A stretch of 59,860 bases of DNA from NCBI GenBank assembly GCA_030446285.1, contig JASUSC010000003.1, positions 1-59,860 of the forward strand. Reading direction: 5' to 3'. The notes under the pieces are model-generated. The model saw only the letters and a list, made by a program, of their open reading frames with translations, was not told where the DNA came from and searched no databases. Position numbers and translations under genes: made by a program. The stretch is from Eubacteriales bacterium (GTDB lineage: Bacteria; Bacillota; JASUSC01). Positions 43,624 through 54,587 of this stretch are shown piece by piece. Each line of letters begins with the position of its first letter. Position 1 is the stretch's first letter.

Positions 43624-44126
43624 TGCAAATCGCCTACCTCGGCAATAAACTCCTTAATCATCTTCTCGTGGTCTTCCACGGAGATGGCCCTGCCCAGAAC
43701 CTTGCCGGCCGCCAGCACAGCCAGGTTGGCCACCTCTTCTCGCAGCGCCACCACCGCTTTTTCGCGCTCACGAGCTATTTCTTCCTGAGCCCGCTGAATA
43801 GCCTTGCTGGCCTCCGCCTGGGCGTTAGCCAGGATTTCCTCTTTCATCTGTTCGCCTAATTTGGTAGCCTGCTCGATAATTCGCTGGGCTTCCTCCCGAG
43901 CTTGGGCCAGTTGCGCCTCGTACTCTTTCTGCATCCGTTCGGCCTCATCCCGGGCTTTTTCAGCCCTGGTCAAGGACTCTTCGATGGATCTTTTCCGCTC
44001 ATCCAGCATGTTGAGGACAGGCTTGTAAGCAAACTTCTTGAGCAAAAAGACCAGGATTAAAAAGTTAATCAGAGCCCAAATAAATTTATTTACATCGAAG
44101 CCCAGGGCTTCCGCAATCGCTTCCAT
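43620..44126 (-). CDS. atpF: ATP synthase b subunit
   Basis: N-terminal TM (INFLIL...KP) followed by coiled coil. Confidence 0.96.
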
Positions 44127-44172
44127 CTTGGCTGCTTACCTCCTCTCATGGCCAGGGAAAAATAAAATAGGT

Positions 44173-44217
44173 GGGCAAAAAGAGACCAAGGTTTGGTTTA
44201 CCCTGATCTCTCTGCCC
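44173..44217 (-). other. Long stem-loop after atpE (probable mRNA stabiliser or partial terminator)
   Basis: GGGCAGAGAGATCAGGGT...ACCTTGGTCTCTTTTTGCCC followed by a T-rich tract. Confidence 0.55.
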
Positions 44218-44233
44218 GTTTAAAAAACCAACC

Positions 44234-44464
44234 TCAGATTTTGCCAAGCAGGATAAAGGCAATCACAAGCCCGTAAATGGTGAGGGTTTCGATAATAGCC
44301 CAGCAAACGAAAAGCAAGATTCTAACCGTGCCAGTAATCTCGGGCTGACGGGCAATGCTTTCAAAAGCTTTACCTGCAGCCACGCCCTGGCCAATGCCAC
44401 CACCGAGAGCCGCAACCGACACGGCCAGTGCAGCAGCCAGTGCAAATAAGCCTTTGGGATCCAT
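44234..44464 (-). CDS. atpE: ATP synthase c subunit
   Basis: GxGxGxG, ARQPE and ion-binding E in IIETLTIY. Confidence 0.97.
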   Translation of the reverse strand: MDPKGLFALAAALAVSVAALGGGIGQGVAAGKAFESIARQPEITGTVRILLFVCWAIIETLTIYGLVIAFILLGKI

Positions 44465-44500
44465 GTTTTCCCCCCCTTTCTCCTCCTATCAACTTTTGGT

Positions 44501-45181
44501 TTAGTGATGGTCCTCTGTTGCACCTGTTATATATACGGTGGATAGTAGAGTGAACACAAAGGCTTGAATGGCCCCAGTTAGCAGAGCAAGCGCCATCATG
44601 GGTAACGGCGCAATTAAAGGCGCCATTTCGGCGATCTTATTTATAACGGTTTCTTCCCCAAAAATGTTACCGTAAAGACGAAAACTGAGGGATACTGGTC
44701 TGACCAACTCGTCGATGATGTTGATAGGGAGCATCCAGGCAACCGGCGTTAAGAAGTGGGCAAAATACTTAATCCCTTTTCTCTGTATCCCAGAAATATG
44801 AGTGACAAAAAAGGTGGTAATGCCTAACGCCGCAGTAATACTCAAATCAGAAGTAGGTACTTTCATGCCGGGAATCATTCCCATTCCCGGTATCAGGCCG
44901 GAATAGTTGGAGAGCAGGATGAAAAAGAAGAAACTTCCCAGCAGGGGCAGGTAGGCCCGCGCCCTGCTCTCGCCCATCATACCGGTGAGAAAGTTGTAGA
45001 TTCCTTCCACCGCAAATTCAACGACATTCTGCACACCGCTCGGCACCTTTTTCATTTTCCTGGTCCCCAGCCAGGACACAAAGACCAGAATAAACATGAT
45101 TGCCCACATGGTAATGACGAAGTTGGGGATATCGATGCCGAATACCGTGGCAAATGGTTCCTTGGGGCCATGCCCTTCCAT
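44501..45181 (-). CDS. atpB: ATP synthase a subunit
   Basis: PSGVQN and RPVSLSFRLYGNI motifs. Confidence 0.96.
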   Translation of the reverse strand: MEGHGPKEPFATVFGIDIPNFVITMWAIMFILVFVSWLGTRKMKKVPSGVQNVVEFAVEGIYNFLTGMMGESRARAYLPLLGSFFFFILLSNYSGLIPGMGMIPGMKVPTSDLSITAALGITTFFVTHISGIQRKGIKYFAHFLTPVAWMLPINIIDELVRPVSLSFRLYGNIFGEETVINKIAEMAPLIAPLPMMALALLTGAIQAFVFTLLSTVYITGATEDHH

Positions 45182-45214
45182 TTCATTCCACCTCCTTTGC
45201 TGTAAAATCTCCCT

Positions 45215-45472
45215 CTACTTTTTGTTATTGCTGTTCTTCTGCCCACCCTTAGGCCGGCCAGAATTGAGAGCCTGATAAGCCATTTTCAGTGCTGTGGCAA
45301 CACCCAGCAAAACCATTATTACGGTGAACCAGGGTTCAGCCTGCAGCTTGCGGTCCAGGTACCTGCCGATGATGTAGCCCGTGGCCACCGCTACTCCCAT
45401 GCTAGTCCCCAGCGAAAGGATGATTCCCAGTGCTTTCAGGTTTTCCCACTGGTTTTCCGGTTTCACACACAC
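45215..45472 (-). CDS. AtpZ/gene-1 type small membrane protein
   Basis: G..IGRYLDRKL...PWF motif; first gene of the atp operon. Confidence 0.88.
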   Translation of the reverse strand: MCVKPENQWENLKALGIILSLGTSMGVAVATGYIIGRYLDRKLQAEPWFTVIMVLLGVATALKMAYQALNSGRPKGGQKNSNNKK

Positions 45473-45541
45473 CAGCCCTCTGTCTCGTTACAACTTTTCC
45501 TTACCAGCACTATTAGGCACTATATTGCTTTATCAGACTTG

Positions 45542-45570
45542 TTTATACCTCCACTCCAACTCTATGTCAA
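45542..45570 (-). promoter_or_regulatory. SigA promoter of the atp operon
   Basis: TTGACA-N17-TATAAA. Confidence 0.8.
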
Positions 45571-45679
45571 CCTACAAGTGGTTTAAGGAAATTTTTACAA
45601 TTTTTTGATGGAAAAATGACCCAAAAAATTTAGGAGCTCTGCTCCTGTTCTTCCACATAGAAAAGTAACTTTTACTTAT

Positions 45680-45704
45680 ATTCGCCCTTTTCTCAAAAAA
45701 TCCT
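45680..45704 (-). promoter_or_regulatory. SigH-type promoter upstream of the atp operon
   Basis: AGGA-N17-GAAT. Confidence 0.55.
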
Positions 45705-45723
45705 CTTTTGTTTGTGAAAAAAT

Positions 45724-46893
45724 TTATTTCTTCGTAACCGGGTTAAAGGGCTGAGGAGGCTCCGCCCTTAAGCCTTCCCGGTACAACAGGGCCGCCACCG
45801 TACGTTCGGCAGCATGGCCGTCGCCGTATGGATTTACTGCCCGGGCCATTGCTTCGTAGAAATCCCGGTCGTGGAGAAGCCGGGAACAATCCTGATATAC
45901 CTTTTCTTCTTTCGTCCCCGTAAGCAACACCGTCCCAGCAGCCACAGCTTCGGGTCGCTCCGTTGTATCCCGGAGAACCAGGACCGGTTTCCCTAAAGCA
46001 GGGGCTTCTTCCTGCAATCCTCCTGAATCAGTTAACACCAGGTAACTGATGTTCAGCAGGTTGGCAAAGGGCTCGTAATCCAAGGGATCGATAAGATGAA
46101 TCCGCTCTTCCTCCCCCAGGATCTCTTTTGCCGCTTCCCTGACCACCGGATTGCGGTGAACAGGGAAAACTACCCGCACGTCAGGGTTCTCGCGGACTAC
46201 CCGTTTCAAAGCCCGGTAGATATTGCGCAAGGGCTCACCCCAATTTTCCCGCCGGTGGGTGGTAACAACGATGATTTTTTCCCGCTCCGGTGCTAAGGAG
46301 TTTAGAAGGGGATCGTTAAAGACATAATTGGGCCGTACAGTAGCCAGCAGGGCATCTATCACTGTGTTGCCGGTGATAAAAATGTTTTCCTCCGGCACTC
46401 CTTCCCGCACTAAATTCGCGGCTGCCGTGGCTGTAGGAGCAAAATGGAGGTCGGCAATTGCCCCGGTAAGCCGGCGGTTCATTTCCTCCGGAAAAGGAGA
46501 ATATTTGTTACCAGTTCTTAAGCCCGCTTCCACATGGCCCACCGGTATCTGGAAATAAAAAGCAGCCAGACTGGCAGCAAAAGTAGTGGTAGTGTCTCCG
46601 TGGACCAGAACCCAGTCAGGGCGTTCTACCTGGATAACTTCTGCCAGGCCGTTTAAGGCTCTGGTGGTAATGTCAAAGAGGGTCTGACCCGCCTGCATGA
46701 TATTTAAGTCATAATCCGGCGTAATGGAAAATAGCCTCAGCACCTGATCCAGCATTTCCCGGTGCTGGGCAGTTACCGCCACCACAGTTTTAATCTCCTC
46801 CTGCGCCTGCAAAGCTTTTACTACCGGAGCCATTTTAATTGCTTCTGGCCTGGTGCCGAAAACCGTCATCACCTTCAACGGTCTTTTCCTCAA
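45724..46893 (-). CDS. wecB: UDP-N-acetylglucosamine 2-epimerase (non-hydrolysing)
   Basis: FGTRPEAIKM, HGDT, HVEAGLR and TDSGGLQEE motifs; TTG at 46893 after GGAGG. Confidence 0.96.
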   Translation of the reverse strand: MRKRPLKVMTVFGTRPEAIKMAPVVKALQAQEEIKTVVAVTAQHREMLDQVLRLFSITPDYDLNIMQAGQTLFDITTRALNGLAEVIQVERPDWVLVHGDTTTTFAASLAAFYFQIPVGHVEAGLRTGNKYSPFPEEMNRRLTGAIADLHFAPTATAAANLVREGVPEENIFITGNTVIDALLATVRPNYVFNDPLLNSLAPEREKIIVVTTHRRENWGEPLRNIYRALKRVVRENPDVRVVFPVHRNPVVREAAKEILGEEERIHLIDPLDYEPFANLLNISYLVLTDSGGLQEEAPALGKPVLVLRDTTERPEAVAAGTVLLTGTKEEKVYQDCSRLLHDRDFYEAMARAVNPYGDGHAAERTVAALLYREGLRAEPPQPFNPVTKK

Positions 46894-47227
46894 CTTCTTC
46901 CCATCCTCCCGGGGCAAGATACCCTTTAGCAACTAGCTTGTCAAAATGGCGCTGTAGAGCCCGTTCAATATCCACGCCGTAGTGCTCTTCCAGGACAAAC
47001 ATCATAGAAACAGCCGTCTGGGCAACATCCAACAGCTCAGCGACAATCTTTTCCACGACCGCCTCTTCGCTCTCCTGGCACTCCTCCCCGTTCAAACCCC
47101 GAAATTTGCCGATAGCCTGAGCCAGTTCTCCTGCCTCTTCCATCAGCTTTAGGGCCGTAGACTCCATGGTCGGTCGCAGCCTGTTGAGACGCGGCAGAGC
47201 TATTATTTTTTTCTGCACCCCGCTCAT
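46835..47227 (-). CDS. MazG-like nucleoside triphosphate pyrophosphohydrolase family protein
   Basis: KLMEEAGELAQAI...ELLDVAQ motif. Confidence 0.85.
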   Translation of the reverse strand: MSGVQKKIIALPRLNRLRPTMESTALKLMEEAGELAQAIGKFRGLNGEECQESEEAVVEKIVAELLDVAQTAVSMMFVLEEHYGVDIERALQRHFDKLVAKGYLAPGGWEEVEEKTVEGDDGFRHQARSN

Positions 47228-47244
47228 CTTGGTTTCCTCCGCCT

Positions 47245-47691
47245 TCATTTTCCCTGCCAGCTCACTAACTCCAACCCCGCCTCGGCAAAAATGTCCTGAG
47301 CCAACTGGTCCGGATATTCACCTTGAAAAACGACTTTAACCGCTCCCACGTTAACCATCATCTTCGCACACAGACTGCAGGGCTGATGCGTTATGTAAAA
47401 AGTACAACCTTGGAGACTAATGCCGTAAAGAGCAGCCTGAATAATGGCGTTCTGCTCAGCATGCAACCCCCGACAAAGTTCATGCCGCTCCCCGGAAGGG
47501 ATACCCATCTTATCCCGTAAACAGCCTGTCTCCGCACAATGGCGCAGACCGCTGGGAGCACCGTTGTATCCGGTAGCCAGGATTCTGTTTTCCCTTACCA
47601 CTACCGCCCCCACCTGCCGCCTGAGACAGGTGGAGCGCCGGGCCACTATCGTAGCGATATCCATGAAATACTCATCCCAGTTGGGGCGCAT
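47245..47691 (-). CDS. dCMP deaminase (ComEB-like)
   Basis: [18 protein letters not shown] and PCSLC motifs. Confidence 0.93.
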   Translation of the reverse strand: MRPNWDEYFMDIATIVARRSTCLRRQVGAVVVRENRILATGYNGAPSGLRHCAETGCLRDKMGIPSGERHELCRGLHAEQNAIIQAALYGISLQGCTFYITHQPCSLCAKMMVNVGAVKVVFQGEYPDQLAQDIFAEAGLELVSWQGK

Positions 47692-47707
47692 AGTCTGTCC
47701 TCCGCCA

Positions 47708-48961
47708 TCAATAGAGGGGATACTGGCTGCAAAGTTCGGCAACCAGGGCTTTTGCCCGCGCCAGAGCCGTCCCATCCTGGGGCCGGGAAAGGGTCAAATC
47801 GATTATCTCTGCAATGACGTCCACAGCATCTTCTTTCATTCCCCGGCTGGTAACGGCCGGCGTTCCTATCCGAATTCCACTCGTTACCGTCGGCGGCTGA
47901 GGATCGAAGGGAATGGCGTTCTTGTTTACTGTTACCCCCACCCGGTCCAGGAGCTTCTCAGCCTCCCGGCCGGTAATTCCCTTGTTGCGCAGGTCTACCA
48001 GCATCAAGTGGTTGTCGGTACCACCGGAAACCAAGGTAAAGCCGCGTTCCACCAGTCCTTTGGCCAAGCGGGCAGCGTTGGCCACGATTTGCCGCTGGTA
48101 TTCTTTAAACTCGGGTTGCAGGGCTTCTTTGAAAGCCACAGCCTTGGCGGCAATTACATGCATAAGAGGACCGCCCTGGATACCCGGAAATACCGCCTTG
48201 TCAATGGCTTGAGCAAACTCCTGCCGGCAGAGAATTAGGCCTCCGCGCGGTCCCCGCAGAGTTTTGTGGGTGGTCGACGTCACAAACTCGGCATAAGGCA
48301 CAGGGTTGGGATGAAGACCCGCTGCCACCAGCCCAGCAATGTGGGCCATGTCCACCATGAGCATGGCCCCCACTTCATCAGCAATGGCACGCAAACGGGC
48401 AAAATCAATAACCCGCGGGTAGGCACTAGCTCCAGCCACGATAAGCCGCGGCCGGTGCTCTAGGGCCAACTCACGCACCCGGTCGTAATCGATCCGCCCG
48501 GTCTCTCTGTCTACTCCGTATGGGATAAAACGATAATATTTTCCGGAGATGTTAGCAGCACTTCCATGGGTAAGGTGGCCGCCATGAGCCAAATCCATTC
48601 CCAGCACCACATCTCCCGGCTTGAGGACAGCAAAATACACCGCCATGTTCGCCTGCGCACCGGAATGGGGCTGAACATTGGCATGTTCGGCTCCAAAGAG
48701 CTCTTTCGCCCGGTTCCGGGCCAAGTCTTCTACCACATCGACATACTCGCAGCCGCCGTAGTAGCGCTTACCCGGGTAGCCTTCGGCATATTTGTTGGTC
48801 AGGGGCGTCCCCTGGGCAGCCATAACGGCAGGAGTCACAAAGTTTTCTGAAGCAATAAGCTCAATTTTGCACCGCTGCCGTTCCATTTCTTTAAAAACCG
48901 CCTCGGCTACTTCCGGGTCCGTTTCCCGGATAAGGTTGAGAATGCAATCCATGTAACTCAT
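47708..48961 (-). CDS. glyA: Serine hydroxymethyltransferase
   Basis: [14 protein letters not shown] and [12 protein letters not shown] motifs. Confidence 0.98.
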   Translation of the reverse strand: MSYMDCILNLIRETDPEVAEAVFKEMERQRCKIELIASENFVTPAVMAAQGTPLTNKYAEGYPGKRYYGGCEYVDVVEDLARNRAKELFGAEHANVQPHSGAQANMAVYFAVLKPGDVVLGMDLAHGGHLTHGSAANISGKYYRFIPYGVDRETGRIDYDRVRELALEHRPRLIVAGASAYPRVIDFARLRAIADEVGAMLMVDMAHIAGLVAAGLHPNPVPYAEFVTSTTHKTLRGPRGGLILCRQEFAQAIDKAVFPGIQGGPLMHVIAAKAVAFKEALQPEFKEYQRQIVANAARLAKGLVERGFTLVSGGTDNHLMLVDLRNKGITGREAEKLLDRVGVTVNKNAIPFDPQPPTVTSGIRIGTPAVTSRGMKEDAVDVIAEIIDLTLSRPQDGTALARAKALVAELCSQYPLY

Positions 48962-48996
48962 TTCCCCATCTCTCCACTCCCAAAGATTCCTAAAGC

Positions 48997-49449
48997 CTAC
49001 GTCTTGCTGTAGTCACGCTCAATGGCCCGGATTTTTTCTACCCGGCGGGCATGGCGGCCACCGGCAAATTCACTTTCCAGCCAAACCTTCACGATCTCCT
49101 TGGCCAGCCCCGGACCGATTACCCTCTCACCCATGGTGAGAATGTTGGCGTCATTGTGTTCCCGGGAAGCCCGGGCCGAAAAGGTATCGTGACACAAAGC
49201 CGCCCGAATACCCGGCACCTTGTTGGCCGCAATACCGATCCCAATGCCCGTGCCGCAGATAAGAATTCCGCGCTCATAATCGCCCTTAGCTACCGCTTCT
49301 GCCACCTTCCGGGCAAAATCGGGATAATCCACCGCTTCCGGGGAAAAGGTGCCAAAGTCGTGGTATTCGTAACCGAGTTCAGCAAGGTGGCTTTTAATCT
49401 CTTCTTTTAACTTAAAACCACCGTGATCAGACCCGATAGCTATTTTCAA
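48997..49449 (-). CDS. rpiB: Ribose-5-phosphate isomerase B
   Basis: GSDHGG, CGTGIG, HNDAN and GGRHARR motifs. Confidence 0.96.
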   Translation of the reverse strand: MKIAIGSDHGGFKLKEEIKSHLAELGYEYHDFGTFSPEAVDYPDFARKVAEAVAKGDYERGILICGTGIGIGIAANKVPGIRAALCHDTFSARASREHNDANILTMGERVIGPGLAKEIVKVWLESEFAGGRHARRVEKIRAIERDYSKT

Positions 49450-49528
49450 CCCGCATCCCACCTTGTTTATAAACAAGTTTTTTATTTCGACATAAAAAGA
49501 AAATTACCTTGTCCGCCAGAAAATTTTT

Positions 49529-49993
49529 TCACTCATTTTTTGTTTTCTCCTGCAGAATGATGTCAAGAGCCTCTTTTATTTGCCGGGCTGTTTCCCGGTA
49601 GGCGTCTACATCACGTCCAAAAGGATCTTCAATATCCAATCCTTCCTCAATTCCGGCGTACTCCCGCAGAGCAAAAATTTTTTCTTTGTACTGGGGCCAT
49701 CGCTCCCGCAACAAATCCCGCTGGGAAACAGTCATGGTCAGAACCAGGTCCACTTCGGCCACCATCTTCTCGTCCAGAAGCCGGGAACGATGCCCAGAAA
49801 TATCAATAAAATTCTCCTCCATCACCGCCAGGGCCTGAGGCGACGGTGGCAACCCGGCCACAGTGGCAATTCCGGCGGAAGTAAATTCCCATCCTTTTTC
49901 TCCCCTGCCGGCAACCTCCAATATTTTCCGGGCAATCCCTTCTGCCATCGGACTGCGGCAGGTGTTCCCCGTACATACAAAAAGAACCTTCAT
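49529..49993 (-). CDS. Low-molecular-weight protein arginine phosphatase (YwlE-like)
   Basis: CTGNTCRS and DP motifs; conserved position between mntP and rpiB. Confidence 0.88.
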   Translation of the reverse strand: MKVLFVCTGNTCRSPMAEGIARKILEVAGRGEKGWEFTSAGIATVAGLPPSPQALAVMEENFIDISGHRSRLLDEKMVAEVDLVLTMTVSQRDLLRERWPQYKEKIFALREYAGIEEGLDIEDPFGRDVDAYRETARQIKEALDIILQEKTKNE

Positions 49994-50006
49994 TAACCCT
50001 CCCCCC

Positions 50007-50555
50007 TCAGCCTACAAGCATTTTCACGCCTATTCCAATAAGAACCAGGCCCCCGACCAATCCTCCCTTCTCCCCCAGGATCCGGCTGAGCCGGGTGCCA
50101 AAAAACAGTCCCATCACCGTCATAAAGGCAGCCACCATCCCAATGAGCAGGCAACGCCAGCCCAAATATATCCGCTGAGTTCCCAGAGAGAAACCCACAC
50201 TTAAAGCATCAACGCTCACACTTCCGGCCAGGGCCATGACTCCCCACGTGTTGAGAAAAGCAAACCTCTCTCCCTTTTCTTCCTCCCCCGGCCGCACGGC
50301 TTCGTAGGCCATCTTTAGGCCGAGCAATATGAGGACCACAGCTCCAACTAAAGCCGCCGCTTTGCCAGCTAAAACCCCTACCAGCCGCCCGCCTTCATAC
50401 CCCAAACCTGGCATAAGAACGTGAAGAATAAAAACTGCTGTTGCAAAGAGAATTCCCTGAGTCCTTTTTATCCCTCCCATTCCCAGACCCACGGAAAGGG
50501 AAAGAGCATCTGTTCCAAGAGCAGCCGCCAAAAGTATCAGCGTAAAAAGACTCAC
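50007..50555 (-). CDS. mntP: Manganese efflux pump MntP family
   Basis: ALGTDALS and SVSVDALSVG repeats. Confidence 0.88.
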   Translation of the reverse strand: MSLFTLILLAAALGTDALSLSVGLGMGGIKRTQGILFATAVFILHVLMPGLGYEGGRLVGVLAGKAAALVGAVVLILLGLKMAYEAVRPGEEEKGERFAFLNTWGVMALAGSVSVDALSVGFSLGTQRIYLGWRCLLIGMVAAFMTVMGLFFGTRLSRILGEKGGLVGGLVLIGIGVKMLVG

Positions 50556-51634
50556 TCCTCATCACTCTCCAGGCGGATATGATGGCGGGCAGCTTTTTCC
50601 ATTCGGTTCATCAGGGCTATTCCCCGGCCTATCCGCGGGTAGCCTTCCGCCAGAATTATTTCCACTCCCAGGCGATCAAATTCCCTCAGACAGCCATACA
50701 ACCGAGTTCCGGCCTCCTCCGGATTTTTCCGGCTGCTCAGAGTCATAACAACTACCTCTTCCGGTACCTGCAGCCGTGCAGCCATTTCAGCGGTGAGGAG
50801 AAGGCCAACCCGTTTTCCTCCTGCCAAGGCTTCCTCAATCCTTTTTGCCAACTCGAGGTGGACCCTTTCCTCCGGCCCCTCAAACAAAAACATTTCTCCT
50901 TGGGGGGCGTAGTGAACGTATTTCATCCCTGGCGAGGGCGGTGGTTCTGCCGGAGAAGAAAGGCCGGGAGCCATTCCCACTTCCACTCCGGTTACTTCCG
51001 TGAGCATTTCCGCCGTTATTGCCCCGGGACGAAGTATAAGGGGGCGGGGGGTAGTAAAATCCACTACTGTTGATTCTAGCCCCACCTGACAGGGGCCTCC
51101 ATCAACGATCCAATCAATCTTGCCGGCCAGGTCCTCGGCCACATGAGCTGCTACCGTAGGACTGGGCCGACCGGAAGTGTTGGCGCTGGGAGCTGCCACG
51201 GGCACGCCGGCCAAGCGGATGAGGGCAAGGGCCACAGGATGAGACGGCATGCGTATCCCCACTTTGTCCAAACCGGCCGTCACCAGCGGCGGTACCTGCG
51301 CCGACCGGGGAACAACTATCGTCAGCGGTCCCGGCCAGAAAACTTCCACCGCCCTCCAAGCAGCAGGAGGACAAGAAGGGGTAAGTTCATCCAACCATTC
51401 TTTTTCAGCAATGTGGACAATGAGCGGGTTGTCAGCGGGACGTCCTTTAACAGCAAAGACTCGTCGCACAGCACGGGGTTGAAAGATACTCGCTCCTAAT
51501 CCATAAACTGTTTCCGTGGGAAAAGCTACCACTCCACCTTCCCGTAAAACTTCTGCCGGGGGAACCAGCAGGGATTCGTCAACATTCTGCGGGTCAATTT
51601 TTATTATCCGGGTTTGGCAGTGTTCTCCTTCCAT
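50552..51634 (-). CDS. sua5: Threonylcarbamoyl-AMP synthase (Sua5/YwlC type)
   Basis: PTETVYGL, KGRPADNPLI, SANTSG and PGMKYVHY motifs. Confidence 0.96.
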   Translation of the reverse strand: MEGEHCQTRIIKIDPQNVDESLLVPPAEVLREGGVVAFPTETVYGLGASIFQPRAVRRVFAVKGRPADNPLIVHIAEKEWLDELTPSCPPAAWRAVEVFWPGPLTIVVPRSAQVPPLVTAGLDKVGIRMPSHPVALALIRLAGVPVAAPSANTSGRPSPTVAAHVAEDLAGKIDWIVDGGPCQVGLESTVVDFTTPRPLILRPGAITAEMLTEVTGVEVGMAPGLSSPAEPPPSPGMKYVHYAPQGEMFLFEGPEERVHLELAKRIEEALAGGKRVGLLLTAEMAARLQVPEEVVVMTLSSRKNPEEAGTRLYGCLREFDRLGVEIILAEGYPRIGRGIALMNRMEKAARHHIRLESDEE

Positions 51635-51655
51635 TCTCCCTCACTCCATCTCTTT

Positions 51656-52528
51656 TTACGCTCCCGGCCAGTATCCGCCAACACACCTTTCCCGCCCAGC
51701 CAGATCCCGGCGGGATGTTACTTCACAAAAACCGGCCTGAAGGAATATTTCTTCCACTGCCTGTCGCTGGTTGTAGCCAATTTCTACCAGCAGGTAACCG
51801 CCGGGAAATAAGAAAAGGGGGGCTTCTTCAGCCAGCCGGCGGTAGAACAGCAGGCCGTCTTCCCCCCCGTCTAAAGCCAGAAGCGGCTCGTGTTCCCGTA
51901 CCGAAACCGGCAACTGCGCTATTTCACCCCGGGGAATATAAGGAGGGTTGGAGACAATAAGATGAAACTTTTTCCCGACCAAAGGCGCCAGCATGTCCCC
52001 CTGGCAAAAGCGAACGGAAGCATTGAGCCGCCGGGCGTTTTCCCGCGCTACCTCCAATGCTTTGCCATCAATTTCCGTCGCCCATACTTCTGTACCGGGA
52101 ACCAATTTGGCAATGCTAATAGCTATAGCCCCGCTCCCAGTACCCACATCTGCCACCCGGGGCGGAAAGGGAAATTTTTCTCTCCGCAACAGTTCTACCG
52201 CCCATTCCACCAGGGTTTCCGTATCCGAACGGGGAATGAGAACGTCGGGGCAAACCCGGAATTTCAAGCCCATAAAGTCCTGAAAACCGGTTATGTACTG
52301 CAGGGGTTCCCCCTGCAAACGGCGCTGGAGCAAACCCTGGTAGCGGGCAGCCTGCGTCGCTGTCACCGGCGCATCTAGCTTGCGGTAGATCTCCTCCCGG
52401 TCCACCTCCAGGGCTCTTCCCAGCAGTTCCAGAGCTTCTAAACCAGGCTGGGTCACCTCCGGCGATTCTTTCAGCCGGGCAATTCCCTGCTTTAGAAGGG
52501 TGCGCCGGGTTAATTTCGTTGTTGTCAC
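51656..52528 (-). CDS. prmC: Release factor glutamine methyltransferase
   Basis: GEPLQYI, VLIPR, DVGTGSG and NPPY motifs. Confidence 0.96.
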   Translation of the reverse strand: MTTTKLTRRTLLKQGIARLKESPEVTQPGLEALELLGRALEVDREEIYRKLDAPVTATQAARYQGLLQRRLQGEPLQYITGFQDFMGLKFRVCPDVLIPRSDTETLVEWAVELLRREKFPFPPRVADVGTGSGAIAISIAKLVPGTEVWATEIDGKALEVARENARRLNASVRFCQGDMLAPLVGKKFHLIVSNPPYIPRGEIAQLPVSVREHEPLLALDGGEDGLLFYRRLAEEAPLFLFPGGYLLVEIGYNQRQAVEEIFLQAGFCEVTSRRDLAGRERCVGGYWPGA

Positions 52529-52570
52529 CGGCCACTTTTCCTCCTGTTCGGCTGCAAGCTTCTTTGAACT

Positions 52571-53638
52571 TTACTCTAAGTTCTTCAATTTTTCCGCCTG
52601 GTCATTGGTAATCAAGGCTTCAATAATTTCATCCAGCTCTCCGTCCAGGACGGCTTCCAGTTTGTGAAGGGTAAGACCAATGCGGTGATCCGTTACCCTC
52701 CCCTGGGGGAAATTGTAGGTACGAATCCGTTCACTGCGGTCTCCCGTACCTACCTGGCTTCGTCGCTCATTGGCCAGCTGTTCCTGTTGCTGTCTCTGAT
52801 AAAGATCCAGCAGCCGGGCCCGTAGTACTTTGAGAGCCTTCTCTTTATTTTTGTGCTGAGATTTTTCATCCTGGCAAGTGACGACAAGACCGGTGGGCAG
52901 GTGGGTTATCCGCACCGCCGACTGAGTGGTATTTACCGATTGACCTCCCGGCCCGGTAGAACAGAAGACGTCAATCCGCAGATCGTCGGGATTAATCTCC
53001 ACCTCCACCTCTTCTGCCTCCGGCAGGACTGCCACGGTAGCAGTGGAAGTGTGGATTCTTCCTCCCGATTCAGTGGCAGGAACCCGCTGCACCCGGTGAA
53101 CCCCACTTTCGTATTTGAGGCGGCTGTAAGCCCCCTCTCCTTCCACCAGAAAAACGACCTCTTTAAAACCACCCAGGTCGCTCTGGCTGGCACTGAGGAC
53201 CTCTGTTCGCCAGCCGTGTTCTTCGGCGTAGCGGGTGTACATGCGGAAAAGGTCGGCAGCAAAAAGAGCCGCCTCTTCGCCACCCGCTCCGGCCCGAATT
53301 TCCATAATAACGTTTTTCTCGTCGTTGGGATCCTTCGGCAACAATAAAATCTTTAATTTATGCTCCAGTTCTTCTTTTTTCTCCTTTAATTCCTCTAATT
53401 CCGACTGCACCAGTTCCCGGAAATCGTCATCCAGTTTTTCTTCCAGAAGGACCCGGGCTTCTTCAATCCCTTTTAACACCTTCTTGTACTCTCGGTAGGT
53501 TTCCACAAGGGGCGTAAGGGATGCATGAGCCCGTGCATGTTTTTGCCACTCCTGCTGCCGCGCTATGACCTCCGGATCTGCCAGTAGCTGGCTCAATTCC
53601 TCATATTTTGCTTCTATTTCATCCAGTTTGTCCAGCAT
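52571..53638 (-). CDS. prfA: Peptide chain release factor 1
   Basis: PAT (PxT) and GGQ motifs. Confidence 0.98.
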   Translation of the reverse strand: MLDKLDEIEAKYEELSQLLADPEVIARQQEWQKHARAHASLTPLVETYREYKKVLKGIEEARVLLEEKLDDDFRELVQSELEELKEKKEELEHKLKILLLPKDPNDEKNVIMEIRAGAGGEEAALFAADLFRMYTRYAEEHGWRTEVLSASQSDLGGFKEVVFLVEGEGAYSRLKYESGVHRVQRVPATESGGRIHTSTATVAVLPEAEEVEVEINPDDLRIDVFCSTGPGGQSVNTTQSAVRITHLPTGLVVTCQDEKSQHKNKEKALKVLRARLLDLYQRQQQEQLANERRSQVGTGDRSERIRTYNFPQGRVTDHRIGLTLHKLEAVLDGELDEIIEALITNDQAEKLKNLE

Positions 53639-54530
53639 TGCCATCACTCCCACAATCCTTACCTTTTTCCGCTGCCAGCACAGCCTCCAAAGCCCTGATG
53701 GCCACTTCAATCTGGCTTTCGTCCGGTTCTCGGGTAGTCAAGGCCTGAAGCCACAACCCTGGAGCAATAAGGATTCTGACGAGAGGATGCCCGCAGTGAC
53801 GGGATGAAAACTTGATAAATTCATAAGAAATTCCCGCTACTACCGGCAACAAAAGCAAACGCGAAACTATCCTCTCGCCAACCTCCTGCTTCCCCAAAAA
53901 GGCAAAAACAAAAATAGCCACGACCATTACTACCAGGAGAAAACTGGTTCCACACCGGGGGTGGCGGGTAGAAAATTTTTTCACCCGGCTCGGATCAAGC
54001 TCTTCACCAGCTTCAAAAGCGTTGATCACCTTGTGTTCAGCACCGTGGTACTGAAAGACCCGCTGAATATCCGGCAGGCGGGAGATAACTACAATATAAG
54101 CCAGAAAAAAGGCTACCCGCAAAACCCCTTCCAGCAAACTGGAAAAAAGGGAACCGGCCACCAGCCTCTCGCCGTATCGGACCAGGAGAGCCGGAAGAAG
54201 AATAAAAAGAAAAATCCCCACCGCCAGAGCAAAGGCGACCGTTAAAGCCATTTGCCAAGGGGTTAGCTCTTCCCCCTCTTCTTCCAAGGCCCGGTCGGCG
54301 GAATAAGTTAAAGCTTTAATACCGATAACCAGCGACTCAATTAAAACCACTGTCCCCCTGAGAAAAGGCCATTTCAAAAAAGGCAACTTTTTCGTCAGGG
54401 AACGGTATTTTATCTCTTCCACCTCAATTTGGCCGGAAGGAATTCTCACCGCCACCATGGTGGCGCACCGTCCCCTCATCATTACCCCTTCAATTACCGC
54501 CTGCCCGCCGTATTGAATCGGCTCTCCCAT
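53619..54530 (-). CDS. DUF1385 (YqhQ-like) membrane protein
   Basis: [28 protein letters not shown] and TTREPD motifs. Confidence 0.93.
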   Translation of the reverse strand: MGEPIQYGGQAVIEGVMMRGRCATMVAVRIPSGQIEVEEIKYRSLTKKLPFLKWPFLRGTVVLIESLVIGIKALTYSADRALEEEGEELTPWQMALTVAFALAVGIFLFILLPALLVRYGERLVAGSLFSSLLEGVLRVAFFLAYIVVISRLPDIQRVFQYHGAEHKVINAFEAGEELDPSRVKKFSTRHPRCGTSFLLVVMVVAIFVFAFLGKQEVGERIVSRLLLLPVVAGISYEFIKFSSRHCGHPLVRILIAPGLWLQALTTREPDESQIEVAIRALEAVLAAEKGKDCGSDGNAGQTG

Positions 54531-54549
54531 GCTTTTCCTCCCGGATTAG

Positions 54550-54574
54550 AAAAATAGCAGAGCCTGAGCTCTGC
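54550..54574 (-). terminator. Terminator after rpmE
   Basis: GCAGAGC-tcag-GCTCTGC-TATTTTT. Confidence 0.7.
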
Positions 54575-54587
54575 CCTCTTTCCCGCT

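Noticed and set aside
45585-45730. Rex-like half sites (TTGTGAA, TTTACAA) near the atp promoter
   Set aside because: Only half of the palindrome matches in each case
53619-53710. Programmed frameshift or fusion between DUF1385 and prfA
   Set aside because: RF1 is complete from ATG 53638 with its own RBS; only a short overlap
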